The notes beneath the pieces were generated by a model. The model saw only the letters and a list, made by a program, of their open reading frames with translations. It searched no databases and had not been told where the DNA came from. A stretch of DNA of 64,000 nt. Source: an uncultured Thermoanaerobaculia bacterium (GTDB lineage: Bacteria > Acidobacteriota > Thermoanaerobaculia > Thermoanaerobaculales > Sulfomarinibacteraceae). Position numbers and translations under genes: made by a program. The stretch lies in contig CAYRFI010000010.1 in assembly GCA_964423595.1 (NCBI GenBank), positions 738 through 64,737 on the forward strand, given 5' to 3'. This document shows, in pieces, positions 47,683-56,129 of this stretch. Position 1 is the first letter of the stretch. Every line of letters begins with the position of its first letter.

Positions 47683-47901
47683 ACCTTACGCATATCTCTA
47701 TTCGTTACTTCCAGGATTCCACACCACCGATTCGTTTCCAGTGCGGAATATCACCGTGCGCCGACCGAGCTGGCTTTTTCCGGCCTTTTTGTTATCATAA
47801 CTTCAAAGATTGAGACCTAATATCTAAAAATGAGAAAAGGCGAGCAGCGTGAAATCTGCCGACCTCCTCTCGCCGCTGCCGTTCGGAACTGGGGGGTGAA
47901 C

Positions 47902-49563
47902 ATGTGGACATCGATGCGAAGGGTTCGGAGTTCTGCGATCGCCATCGTGACCGCGAGCGTGGTTGTGCTCACCGGCTGTCAGCAAGAGGCGCCGAACAAC
48001 GGTGGCCTGATCTATGAGGGATTCGGAAACTACGAGCGATCGATTTCCTCCGGGTCCGAGAGCGCTCAACAGTGGTTCAACCAGGGCATGCAGCTGATGT
48101 ATGGGTTCAACCACGACGAGGCGATCCGGTCATTCGAGCAGGCGGCCGCGGCGGATCCGAAGAGCCCGATGCCATGGTGGGGAATCGCCTACTGCAACGG
48201 TATCAACATCAACGACCCGGAGATGACCGAAGAACGATCACGCCGCGCATGGGAGGCTTCTCAGGAGGCAATGGCGCGAATCGATGCCGCATCGCCCGTC
48301 GAGGCGGCCCTGGTCGGTGCTGTTGCACAACGGTACGCCTGGCCGGCGCCCGAGGACCGCGGAGAGCTCGACCAACGCTATGCCGACGCGATGGAGGCGG
48401 TCTACCGAGAGTTCCCGGATGATCCGGACGTCGCAGCGTTGTTCACCGAGTCGTTGATGGACCTTCAGCCGTGGGACTACTGGACCGACGCCGGCGAGCC
48501 CAAAGGCCGCACCGCGGAGTTCGTCGGCATCATCGAGCGTGCGCTCGAGACCCATCCGCTGCACCCGGGCGCAAACCACTTCTACATCCACGCCGTCGAG
48601 CCGTCGTCGAATCCCGACCGCGCGATCGAGGCCGCCGACCGCCTGAGGGTGCTCGTACCGGGCTCCGGTCATCTCGTTCATATGCCGTCGCATATCTACA
48701 TCCGGGTCGGCCGCTACGCGGATGCGGCGCAAGCCAACATCGACGCCATCAGGGTCGATCGTGCGTACCTCGCCAAGGCCCCAGCGCCCGGTCTTTACGC
48801 GATGTACTACGGGCACAACCTGCACTTTCTGTCGTTTGCGGCGATGATGTCGGGCAATTACGAGCAGGCGATCGGGGCGGCGCGCGATCTCGAGGCCGAG
48901 ATGCCGGAGTCCGCGCTGCGCGATTATGGCGGACTGATCGAGGGCATCATGCCCGCCACCTTCCACGTCCTGATCCGCTTCGGCAAATGGGAGCAGATCC
49001 TCGAGGAGCCCGACTACCCGGAGTGGCGGCTCGTGTCGCGGGCCGTCCGCCATTACGCCCGTTCGATCGCCAACTCCGCCCTCGGCCACACAGAGGAGGC
49101 GCGCGCCGAGCTGGAGGCCTTCGAAGATGCGATGGCCGAGGTGCCTCAAGAGTGGTGGATCTTCAACAACCGCGTGAGCGATGTGCTGCCGATCGCACGC
49201 GCGATGATCAACGGTGAGCTGCTCTTCCGCGAGGGCAAGCGTGAGGAGGCGTATGCAGTTCTCCGCGAGGGTGTCGCCGCCGAGGATGCTTTGGTCTACG
49301 ACGAGCCGCCCGGTTGGATGCTTCCGGTGCGCCACGCGTTGGGCGCGCTGCTGATGGCGGATGGGCGGTACGCCGAAGCAGAGTCGGTCTACCGTGAAGA
49401 CCTTCGACGCAATCGAGACAACGGCTGGTCGCTGACCGGCCTGCAGCTCGCGCTCCAGAAGCAGGAGCGCGAGTCGGAGGCGGACGAGCTGTCCATGCGC
49501 CTCGCCCGGGCGTTCAAAGACTCCGACACCCGTCCGTCTTCATCGTGTTACTGCGAGCCTTGA
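47902..49563 (+). CDS. TPR-like lipoprotein of unknown function
   Basis: ATG at 47902. Lipobox VVVLTGC. All-helical with TPR-like pairs (AQQWFNQGMQLMYGFNHDEAIRSFEQA...). Confidence 0.75.
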   Translation: MWTSMRRVRSSAIAIVTASVVVLTGCQQEAPNNGGLIYEGFGNYERSISSGSESAQQWFNQGMQLMYGFNHDEAIRSFEQAAAADPKSPMPWWGIAYCNGININDPEMTEERSRRAWEASQEAMARIDAASPVEAALVGAVAQRYAWPAPEDRGELDQRYADAMEAVYREFPDDPDVAALFTESLMDLQPWDYWTDAGEPKGRTAEFVGIIERALETHPLHPGANHFYIHAVEPSSNPDRAIEAADRLRVLVPGSGHLVHMPSHIYIRVGRYADAAQANIDAIRVDRAYLAKAPAPGLYAMYYGHNLHFLSFAAMMSGNYEQAIGAARDLEAEMPESALRDYGGLIEGIMPATFHVLIRFGKWEQILEEPDYPEWRLVSRAVRHYARSIANSALGHTEEARAELEAFEDAMAEVPQEWWIFNNRVSDVLPIARAMINGELLFREGKREEAYAVLREGVAAEDALVYDEPPGWMLPVRHALGALLMADGRYAEAESVYREDLRRNRDNGWSLTGLQLALQKQERESEADELSMRLARAFKDSDTRPSSSCYCEP

Positions 49564-49670
49564 ACTACCCGGGGTCTGTCGGTCCAACAACGGCTGGACC
49601 GCACGCTGGCTGAGCGCACGAAGATGTAGGTGTCGAGAACGCCGGCGAGGTCAGAAGGACAGTAACGATC

Positions 49671-49728
49671 AAACACCGCTGGGTGCGGCGCATCGTCGGC
49701 CGCAGTAGAGACCTGATGAATAATGCAG
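49671..49728 (-). repeat. foldback repeat, degenerate left-arm fragment I
   Basis: AAACACCGCTGGGTGCGGCGCATCG matches the reverse complement of A 4277-4301 at 24 of 25 positions. Downstream, ...CTGATGAATAATGCAG is a decayed terminus (cf. TTGGTGAGATATGCGGG). Confidence 0.6.
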
Positions 49729-49758
49729 TTTCAACGGCGACGATGTTCGGCGAGTCGA

Positions 49759-50175
49759 TCAGGCTGTGCGGGTTTGCTCGGGTGGTCCGCCCGCGACCGG
49801 CTTTCCCAGGGCTGCGGCCGCCCGCAGAACCACTTCGCGCAGGTCTTCGACGTGAAACGGTTTGGCGACGAAATCGAAGGCGCCCTTCTCCATCGCCTCA
49901 CGGGCCAGGGACATCATCGCGAATGCCGATATCACGATGACCTTGGTCCGGGGCGACCTTTTCATGGCATGCTCGAGCACCTGGACGCCGGTGGCCTCCT
50001 TCATCACGACATCGGTGATGATGACGTCGAATTCCTTCTCGTCGATACGATCGAGCGCCTGGAGAGGATCGACAAAGGTCTCCACGGTGCACCCGATTTT
50101 GGTGAGGGCCTGCTTCAGCCTCTTGCCGACGGTGGGCTCGTCGTCGAGGACCATGACCTCCAGGGTTGGTGACAT
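49759..50175 (-). CDS. stand-alone response-regulator receiver (REC-only)
   Basis: ATG at 50175 follows GGGAGGAAG. Receiver residues are present (DDEP acidic pair, phospho-acceptor D in IITDVVM, conserved Ser/Thr position, KPF). No output domain. Paralogue of 52657..53073. Confidence 0.9.
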   Translation of the reverse strand: MSPTLEVMVLDDEPTVGKRLKQALTKIGCTVETFVDPLQALDRIDEKEFDVIITDVVMKEATGVQVLEHAMKRSPRTKVIVISAFAMMSLAREAMEKGAFDFVAKPFHVEDLREVVLRAAAALGKPVAGGPPEQTRTA

Positions 50176-50240
50176 TTCTTCCTCCCGGTTAGCTTTCGAA
50201 TCGAGTGCCGTTTCGTTACCGTTCACACTCCTCGATCACG

Positions 50241-51065
50241 TCATCGCATCGAGACTGCAGCCCTGGCGAAGATGTCGTCGATCACATCGACCTCGACCTT
50301 CTCGACGTGCGGCACAGCCAGGGCCCTTTCCTTGATGACGGCGATTTTGTCGCCTTTTTTGGCGACCGCCTTGGCCTCGATGTGGATCGCGCCGTCGTCA
50401 GCGCGAACCACGACCTCCGGATCGATCTCGACGAGAACCGCTCGGACTTTGCTGGCCAGTGCGTAGTCGCGATATTGCTTGACGGAGTAGGTCATCGGTT
50501 TGAACCTGCGTTGCCGGGCCGTGTCGGCGATCAGCGCGGCGGCGTCCTCGCAGCCTGTCTCTCCCGTGTCGATCGCCAGGTCAAAGGTGGCCGTGTCGTC
50601 CTCGTTGACTTTGAAAAGAGCGGTCACCCAGCGTTGCCTTCGCTTGTCCAGGCTCAGAACCAGCTTGCGCGCTTTCGCCTCGCTGAGTTGCTGCTGTCGA
50701 GCAGCGGCCGCGGTCCTCGCCTCGAGCGGGGCACTGAGCCGGACCTTGAGGACGTGGGATATGCCGGTTACGTAGAGGTGAGCGGCCAGACCGTGGCACA
50801 CGCAGTTGCCCTCCAGCAGGAAGTCGGAAACGGCCGCCTGTATGGCGGAGAGGCGGATCCTGCGCTCTTTGACCGGCATCTGACGCCAGCCCGCCGGTTC
50901 GTCGAGGGCCTGAACCAGCTTGTCGGGCGGGATGTCATAGGTGCGCGCCGCGGCCTCAATGACCTCGTCGCGGCCGATGCTGCGGTACTGGAGGAGCGCG
51001 GCCGCCCGCACGGCTACCTCCTCGCCGCCGCTGAAGGGGGTGGCTGAAATGATGACCACTGACAT
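50241..51065 (-). CDS. cytidylate-kinase-like family protein (degenerate P-loop) with BON-like C-terminal domain
   Basis: N-terminus VVIISATPFSGGEEVAVRAAALL resembles the Cytidylate_kin2-type family, which has GSGG in place of GK[ST]. VLKVRLSAPLEARTAAAA and DxxRxxW segments. The C-terminal ~70 aa are BON-like (VVVRADDGAIHIEAKA...V..VEKVEVDV). Confidence 0.65.
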   Translation of the reverse strand: MSVVIISATPFSGGEEVAVRAAALLQYRSIGRDEVIEAAARTYDIPPDKLVQALDEPAGWRQMPVKERRIRLSAIQAAVSDFLLEGNCVCHGLAAHLYVTGISHVLKVRLSAPLEARTAAAARQQQLSEAKARKLVLSLDKRRQRWVTALFKVNEDDTATFDLAIDTGETGCEDAAALIADTARQRRFKPMTYSVKQYRDYALASKVRAVLVEIDPEVVVRADDGAIHIEAKAVAKKGDKIAVIKERALAVPHVEKVEVDVIDDIFARAAVSMR

Positions 51066-51110
51066 GTCCGTACTCCCTCCGTCGTCAGATCCGTTCGCGC
51101 TCTCGCTCCG

Positions 51111-52664
51111 TCAGAGCCGGGCGGGGATTGTTGTCACGGGCAGATGAACGATAAAGGTGCTGCCGGCTCCCACAGTGCTGGTCACGCTGATATTTCCTCC
51201 ATGACGGGCAACGATTCCCTGCGAAACCGACAGCCCGAGGCCGGTACCGCCGCGGTGACCTTCATCATGATGCTTGGTGGTGAAGAACGGGTCGAAGATC
51301 GAGGCCAGGAGGTGGGATGGGATGCCGGCGCCGGTGTCTGAGAATCGGACGGCAACGTACTTGGGATCGGCATCGGGTTCGGCGGCCAGCTCGATGCGTC
51401 CATCCCTGGGCGTGGCGTCGAGAGCGTTGAGAAGAAGGTTGAGAAAGACCTGAACGAGTTGCTTTGCGTCGCCGTGGATCCGCGGCAGGTTGGATGCGAC
51501 CTTGACCTCCAGCTTGACCGCGCTGAGATGGACCTGGTTTTGCGCCAGTTTGACGGTCTCGTTGACCAGCACCCCCAAATCAAGCGGCTCGATCCTGGCC
51601 TCGGACTCACGGGCGAAATCAAGGAGGTTGCTGATGATCCGGTCGCAGCGCTCCGCCTGGTCGACGACGTCGTCAACCATCTCTAGCTGCTCCTCTTCGG
51701 GCAGGGTGGCAAAGTCCTCCTTGAGGATCTGCGCGGTGAGGAGGATGTTGTTCACCGGGTTGTTCAGCTCATGCGCTACGCCTGCGGTCAACGTCCCCAG
51801 GGCTCGGAGCTTGTGAGTTTCGACCAGGATTGTTTGCTGCTCCTGCAGGTCCTTGGACATACGATTGAGGGCCACCGCGAGATCGGTAAACTCGTCCCGG
51901 TACCTCCGCGCGGGGACGATCGGGGTGAAGTCCGCGGCCGCGATGCGCGACGTGTAGGCCACGAAGCGGTCGAGCGGCCGGACGATGCGCCGGACCAGGA
52001 CGTGGGAGGTGATGACGATCACCAGCAGCAGGACGACCAGGAAGTAGATCGGGAAGGTCCTCGACCAGCGCAGCATGCCATGGACCGCCTGCCGTTCGCG
52101 TGCCACCAGGTCGGTGGCGAACTGTACCACCGACGCTCCTTCAGTGCGGATATCGGCCTCGTTGTCGGCTACTTCCGCCGGTGATGCGCGGCCCGCCTTT
52201 GCCGCCGCGGACAGGTCCTCCAGCAGTTCCAGATATTTTTCCGAGCGCGGGCGCATGGTTTCGAACCTCGTCTCGCCGATCACGCTGCGCAGCTGCTCGG
52301 AGTTGGCCATCAAGAGGCCGTGCGCGACCCGCATGTGTTCGAGAGCCTCGTCAAGGCCGGTTTGGTAGAGAAAGAAGTTCTTTTCATAGCGGCGAGCCTG
52401 CTGGATCTCGAACAAATAGCTATCGGCGATTTCAAGGAAATGGAGCTTTTCCTGAATCCGGAAGGCGGTGAGGATCCACAGGAAGTTGACGGCCAGGGCG
52501 AGGATGAAGCAGAGCGTAAAGCCGGTCGCGATGAGATTCCGCACGCTGAAGCGGGGACGGGAGTTCAGGGTTTCGGAATCGCCCTCCCGCTGCGGGAGCG
52601 CAGCCGCCGTCGGACCGGGTCCCGTCGCGGATTCGTCGCGATCGTGGGCGGCCGACTCAGCCAT
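51111..52664 (-). CDS. sensor histidine kinase (2 TM, periplasmic helical sensor, HAMP, HisKA, HATPase_c)
   Basis: H-box AGVAHELNNP, N-box NLLLNALDA, G1 DTGAGI, G2 GTGLGLS. Two TM segments flank a ~150-aa helical domain. A HAMP domain follows TM2. The start overlaps the upstream RR gene by 8 nt. Confidence 0.9.
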   Translation of the reverse strand: MAESAAHDRDESATGPGPTAAALPQREGDSETLNSRPRFSVRNLIATGFTLCFILALAVNFLWILTAFRIQEKLHFLEIADSYLFEIQQARRYEKNFFLYQTGLDEALEHMRVAHGLLMANSEQLRSVIGETRFETMRPRSEKYLELLEDLSAAAKAGRASPAEVADNEADIRTEGASVVQFATDLVARERQAVHGMLRWSRTFPIYFLVVLLLVIVITSHVLVRRIVRPLDRFVAYTSRIAAADFTPIVPARRYRDEFTDLAVALNRMSKDLQEQQTILVETHKLRALGTLTAGVAHELNNPVNNILLTAQILKEDFATLPEEEQLEMVDDVVDQAERCDRIISNLLDFARESEARIEPLDLGVLVNETVKLAQNQVHLSAVKLEVKVASNLPRIHGDAKQLVQVFLNLLLNALDATPRDGRIELAAEPDADPKYVAVRFSDTGAGIPSHLLASIFDPFFTTKHHDEGHRGGTGLGLSVSQGIVARHGGNISVTSTVGAGSTFIVHLPVTTIPARL

Positions 52665-53073
52665 CCGCGAGGGTCTCCTCCCCGGTCTGTGGCAGCTCCA
52701 GCTCGACGCCGAGCTCCGCGGCGGCGTTGGCGATCATTTCACGCAGCTGGCCCGGCTTGAACGGCTTGGCGAGGAAATCGAATGCCCCCTTGGCGAGAGC
52801 TTCCCGCGCCACTTCCATAGTGGCGTAGCCGGTGATCATGATCACCTTGGTATCCGGAGAGCGCCGAAGGACGTGCTCCAACACGCTGATGCCATCGATG
52901 TCATCCATGCGGATGTCCGTGACGATGATATCGAATGCGCTCTCCTCGAGGCGGGCAAGGGCGGCCTTCGGGTCGGTAAACGACTCGGTTTCGCAGCCCA
53001 TCTTGGCGATTGCCGGTCCGAGGCGCTTGCCCACGATGGGTTCGTCATCCAGTATCAGTACCCGTAAAGACAT
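52657..53073 (-). CDS. stand-alone response-regulator receiver (REC-only)
   Basis: ATG follows AGGAGG. DDEP acidic pair, D in IVTDIRM, KPF. No output domain. Confidence 0.9.
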   Translation of the reverse strand: MSLRVLILDDEPIVGKRLGPAIAKMGCETESFTDPKAALARLEESAFDIIVTDIRMDDIDGISVLEHVLRRSPDTKVIMITGYATMEVAREALAKGAFDFLAKPFKPGQLREMIANAAAELGVELELPQTGEETLADG

Positions 53074-53100
53074 TGTCGCCTCCTTTTGACTGTACGGCTA

Positions 53101-54195
53101 TCAGGACGCCGGTGACGGGATCCGGGCGACCGCGATCGTGCGCTGCAGCTTCCTTCGCTGCCGGTAGGCGCGGAAGACCTGGAGCAGGATCAAACCACAG
53201 CCGCCGATACCGCTGACGTACAGAACCACCTTACTGGCGTTATTGAAATAGACATCCCAGGCAGGGGCGAATGACAACACATCGAGCTGCCTCAGGTACA
53301 TCGGGATGGCAATGCCGCGGCTGATCACGCACAGCAGAATAATGAGCGCCGTGACCATCCGGATGTACTTCTCGCTCACCACCTTCACCCCATAGGCGCC
53401 GAGGTGAACACCGACCAGCGACCCGAGGTACATCAGCAATGTCAAACGAATGTCGACGTATCCGGCCCACGCGTAGTTCAGCGCGCCGAAGGCGCCCATG
53501 AAGATGGCGGTGTAGAGCTCGGTGCCGGTGGCCACCGCGGTCGGTATCCCGAACACATAGATCATGGCCGGCACCCCGATGAATCCACCGACCCCGATGG
53601 TCCCGGCCAGATAACCGGTGGCCAGACCCACGATGAGCACGATCCACAGCGACACGCGGACGTCGGCGACTTTGAAGTAGATCATCGGCGGCAAGTTGAA
53701 CCGCGCCAGGAAGTCGGCGATACGACGAGACGGGCCGGCCACGTCGCCACCGCCCCGCCGCAGGTCGCCCAGCATGGACAGGGCCACCACCGACAGCACA
53801 CACACGAAGACAAGGCTGATGTACAGGTTGGCGCCGGCGCCGCTGGCGGCATGTGAATCCACACCACCTTCGAACAGGAGGCTGCTGACCATCACCGCCA
53901 GCCGAATCCCGGCGAACGCGGTAAGCAGCAGGAACGCCGCCAACTTCTTGTCGACGTTGCCCATCTTGCCGTGCTGGCGTGAGCCGACCATCGCCTTACC
54001 GAACTTGTGGGTGATGTTGCTGCCGACCGCGACGACGCCCTGGACGCCGAGGTTCATCATCCCAGGCGTCATGAAGAAAGCTCCGCCGCTGCCGATGAAA
54101 CCGCTCAGGGTGCCGCCCACGAACCCGAGCCCGATCACCTGAACGGCGGTCAAGGCGTCGAGGTGGATGAAGATGCCGGCGATAGGCCAATCCAT
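53101..54195 (-). CDS. TSUP (TauE/SafE) family anion permease
   Basis: Polytopic membrane protein with two internally repeated halves, each starting with G-x-GGG-type motifs (GFIGSGGAFFMTPGM; GTIGVGGFIGVPAMIY). It is longer than I would expect for this family, because of a central insertion. Confidence 0.8.
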   Translation of the reverse strand: MDWPIAGIFIHLDALTAVQVIGLGFVGGTLSGFIGSGGAFFMTPGMMNLGVQGVVAVGSNITHKFGKAMVGSRQHGKMGNVDKKLAAFLLLTAFAGIRLAVMVSSLLFEGGVDSHAASGAGANLYISLVFVCVLSVVALSMLGDLRRGGGDVAGPSRRIADFLARFNLPPMIYFKVADVRVSLWIVLIVGLATGYLAGTIGVGGFIGVPAMIYVFGIPTAVATGTELYTAIFMGAFGALNYAWAGYVDIRLTLLMYLGSLVGVHLGAYGVKVVSEKYIRMVTALIILLCVISRGIAIPMYLRQLDVLSFAPAWDVYFNNASKVVLYVSGIGGCGLILLQVFRAYRQRRKLQRTIAVARIPSPAS

Positions 54196-54245
54196 TTCTT
54201 ACCCCCTTCTCCGCGTCGCGGCCTCTAGCCTTGCCCCGGGCCGCT

Positions 54246-55784
54246 TCACTCGAACCTCAGCCACTTCAGAATCAGCCCTGCGACACTGCCGTACAGGGCG
54301 GCGACCACCGGCACGGTTACCGCCACGGCCAGGGTCGCGGCGAACCGCCAGCTCTCCCATTCCGGGCCGCCCAGAAAGTTGAGGATGAATTGTTGATAGT
54401 TGAATACAAGCGCGTAGATCACGGCCACTGCGGCCAAAGAGATCGCGAGACTGAGGATTTGCCGCTTGTCGAAGAGAAAACTTCTGCGGAGCTCACTCGC
54501 GTTCAGGACCGAAACCCGGGTTCCCTCCCGAATCGCGCCGCACAGCTCCCTGGCGAGGCGGACTCGCGACGACTCGCCCTTCGTCAGGAAGACCTCTCCG
54601 ACAACCACCAGCGAATAGTTGGGTTGAGCGCGTAGGGTGTGGACCACCTGCTCCGCTCCCCCCATCAGCATCCGGCTGCCCCCGAAGAGACTGTCATGGA
54701 TCAGGGCCTCGGAGGTCGCGGCGATTCCGCCGTCTGGGGCGTGCGCGGTATCGGCGATGTCCTCCTCGATCCCACCGGTGGCGTCGGTCGTCTTGGGCAC
54801 GTAGCCGATTGGGCGCGGCGGCTCGGCCCCCGGCGCCTCCGCCTCCGAGCCTGCCTCGTTGTCTGGGGTTTCCGGCAGAATCAGGCGCACCAGCTCCACC
54901 GCAGCCCCCCAGCGGTGGGCGAGGTCGGTAATCTCGCTGTATGCCGGGGAGAGGGGATCGAAGGACTCTGCGACCCACATGAGGTTCGTGACCGCCATCG
55001 TGGAGACGATCTGTCGGGCTCCTTCGAGCTCGGCCAAGGATGCGGGGATCGCCTCGCCGACCTGAGCCTCGGCGGGCATGTAGGTGACGGTGACCTGCCC
55101 CTCTCGGGCAGAAACGTTCAAGTCGGCCCAGGCCGTTCGCTCGTCCCGGCCGAGCCGCTCGCGGGCGCGAGTGGCCAGGCAAAGATCGTCCATGATCCGT
55201 CTCGAGGCCGGCGTCGGCTGGAACTCCGGCAGCTGGGCCATTGCGCAGGTGGTGGCGGACGCGCTGGAGAGTCCGATCTGTTCCAGATTGAGCATCAGGT
55301 CATAGAGGTAGGGATCGTTCATGTCGACGCCGTGAGCGAAATGTACCCAGTTGGCGATGTCCTGGTCGATTTGGGTGATGTACTCGAGGGTTTTCTCGCG
55401 GCTCAGGTTGAGCCGGGTCATCGTCCTCGCCAGCCGCCGTTCCGCGTTCGGTACGACCCGCACCCGCAATACGTGGCTGATTCCCTGCAGGAGCAGATTG
55501 CCGGCCCGGCCGTGGTAGACGAGGTTCGGGCTCTTTCTGGACTGCTCGCAGATGGCGGAGGTGACGAAGGCGAGATACTGCGCCTTGTGCCGGGCGAGCC
55601 GCTCCTTGGGCAGGCCTTGCTTCAGCACAGCCATCTCCAGCCGACCGACTGGCACACCCGATTCGGTGGCTTGTTCGACGAGCTTCTCCCTGCTCAGGAC
55701 TGGGCAGTCCAACATACGGGCCAGGCTCTCGGCAAGCTCGCGCCGGAGCCCCTCGTCGACACTGGAAATGATCACAATGGCCAT
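54246..55784 (-). CDS. membrane-anchored cytidylate-kinase-like/BON-like multidomain protein
   Basis: ATG at 55784 follows GGAGAGAGG. The N-terminal ~200 aa are paralogous to 50241..51065 (HVLRVRVVPNAERRLARTM, ANWVHFAHGVD). A BON-like segment (LNVSAREGQVTVTYM...) and a Usp-like segment follow, then two C-terminal TM helices. Confidence 0.65.
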   Translation of the reverse strand: MAIVIISSVDEGLRRELAESLARMLDCPVLSREKLVEQATESGVPVGRLEMAVLKQGLPKERLARHKAQYLAFVTSAICEQSRKSPNLVYHGRAGNLLLQGISHVLRVRVVPNAERRLARTMTRLNLSREKTLEYITQIDQDIANWVHFAHGVDMNDPYLYDLMLNLEQIGLSSASATTCAMAQLPEFQPTPASRRIMDDLCLATRARERLGRDERTAWADLNVSAREGQVTVTYMPAEAQVGEAIPASLAELEGARQIVSTMAVTNLMWVAESFDPLSPAYSEITDLAHRWGAAVELVRLILPETPDNEAGSEAEAPGAEPPRPIGYVPKTTDATGGIEEDIADTAHAPDGGIAATSEALIHDSLFGGSRMLMGGAEQVVHTLRAQPNYSLVVVGEVFLTKGESSRVRLARELCGAIREGTRVSVLNASELRRSFLFDKRQILSLAISLAAVAVIYALVFNYQQFILNFLGGPEWESWRFAATLAVAVTVPVVAALYGSVAGLILKWLRFE

Positions 55785-56129
55785 GCCGTCACCTCTCTCC
55801 GTCGGATGTGGACGCCGCCTTGCGTTGGCGTCGCCATACTCGGGTAGCAGCTCGGGGCTCGATGACGTGCGCCGGTGGGAACTTCGCCTACCGGTCGCAC
55901 ACTTGGCTCCGGGCTCGGCGAGCGTAACAAGGCCGATCGCGCATATCAACATTATGAACCCGCAAGAAAACCCCTGTCGCAGAATCTGCGGAGAAGCGAG
56001 GCAGAGCGCGTGTGGTGATGGGGATGGTTACCCTGGCCGGATCGCACTCGGAAGATTTCCCCGGGATGAGAGGCGTAATGGAGGGCCTCGGCCTCCTGAA
56101 ACCGTGCCAGGTTTTGCGGAATCGATTGT

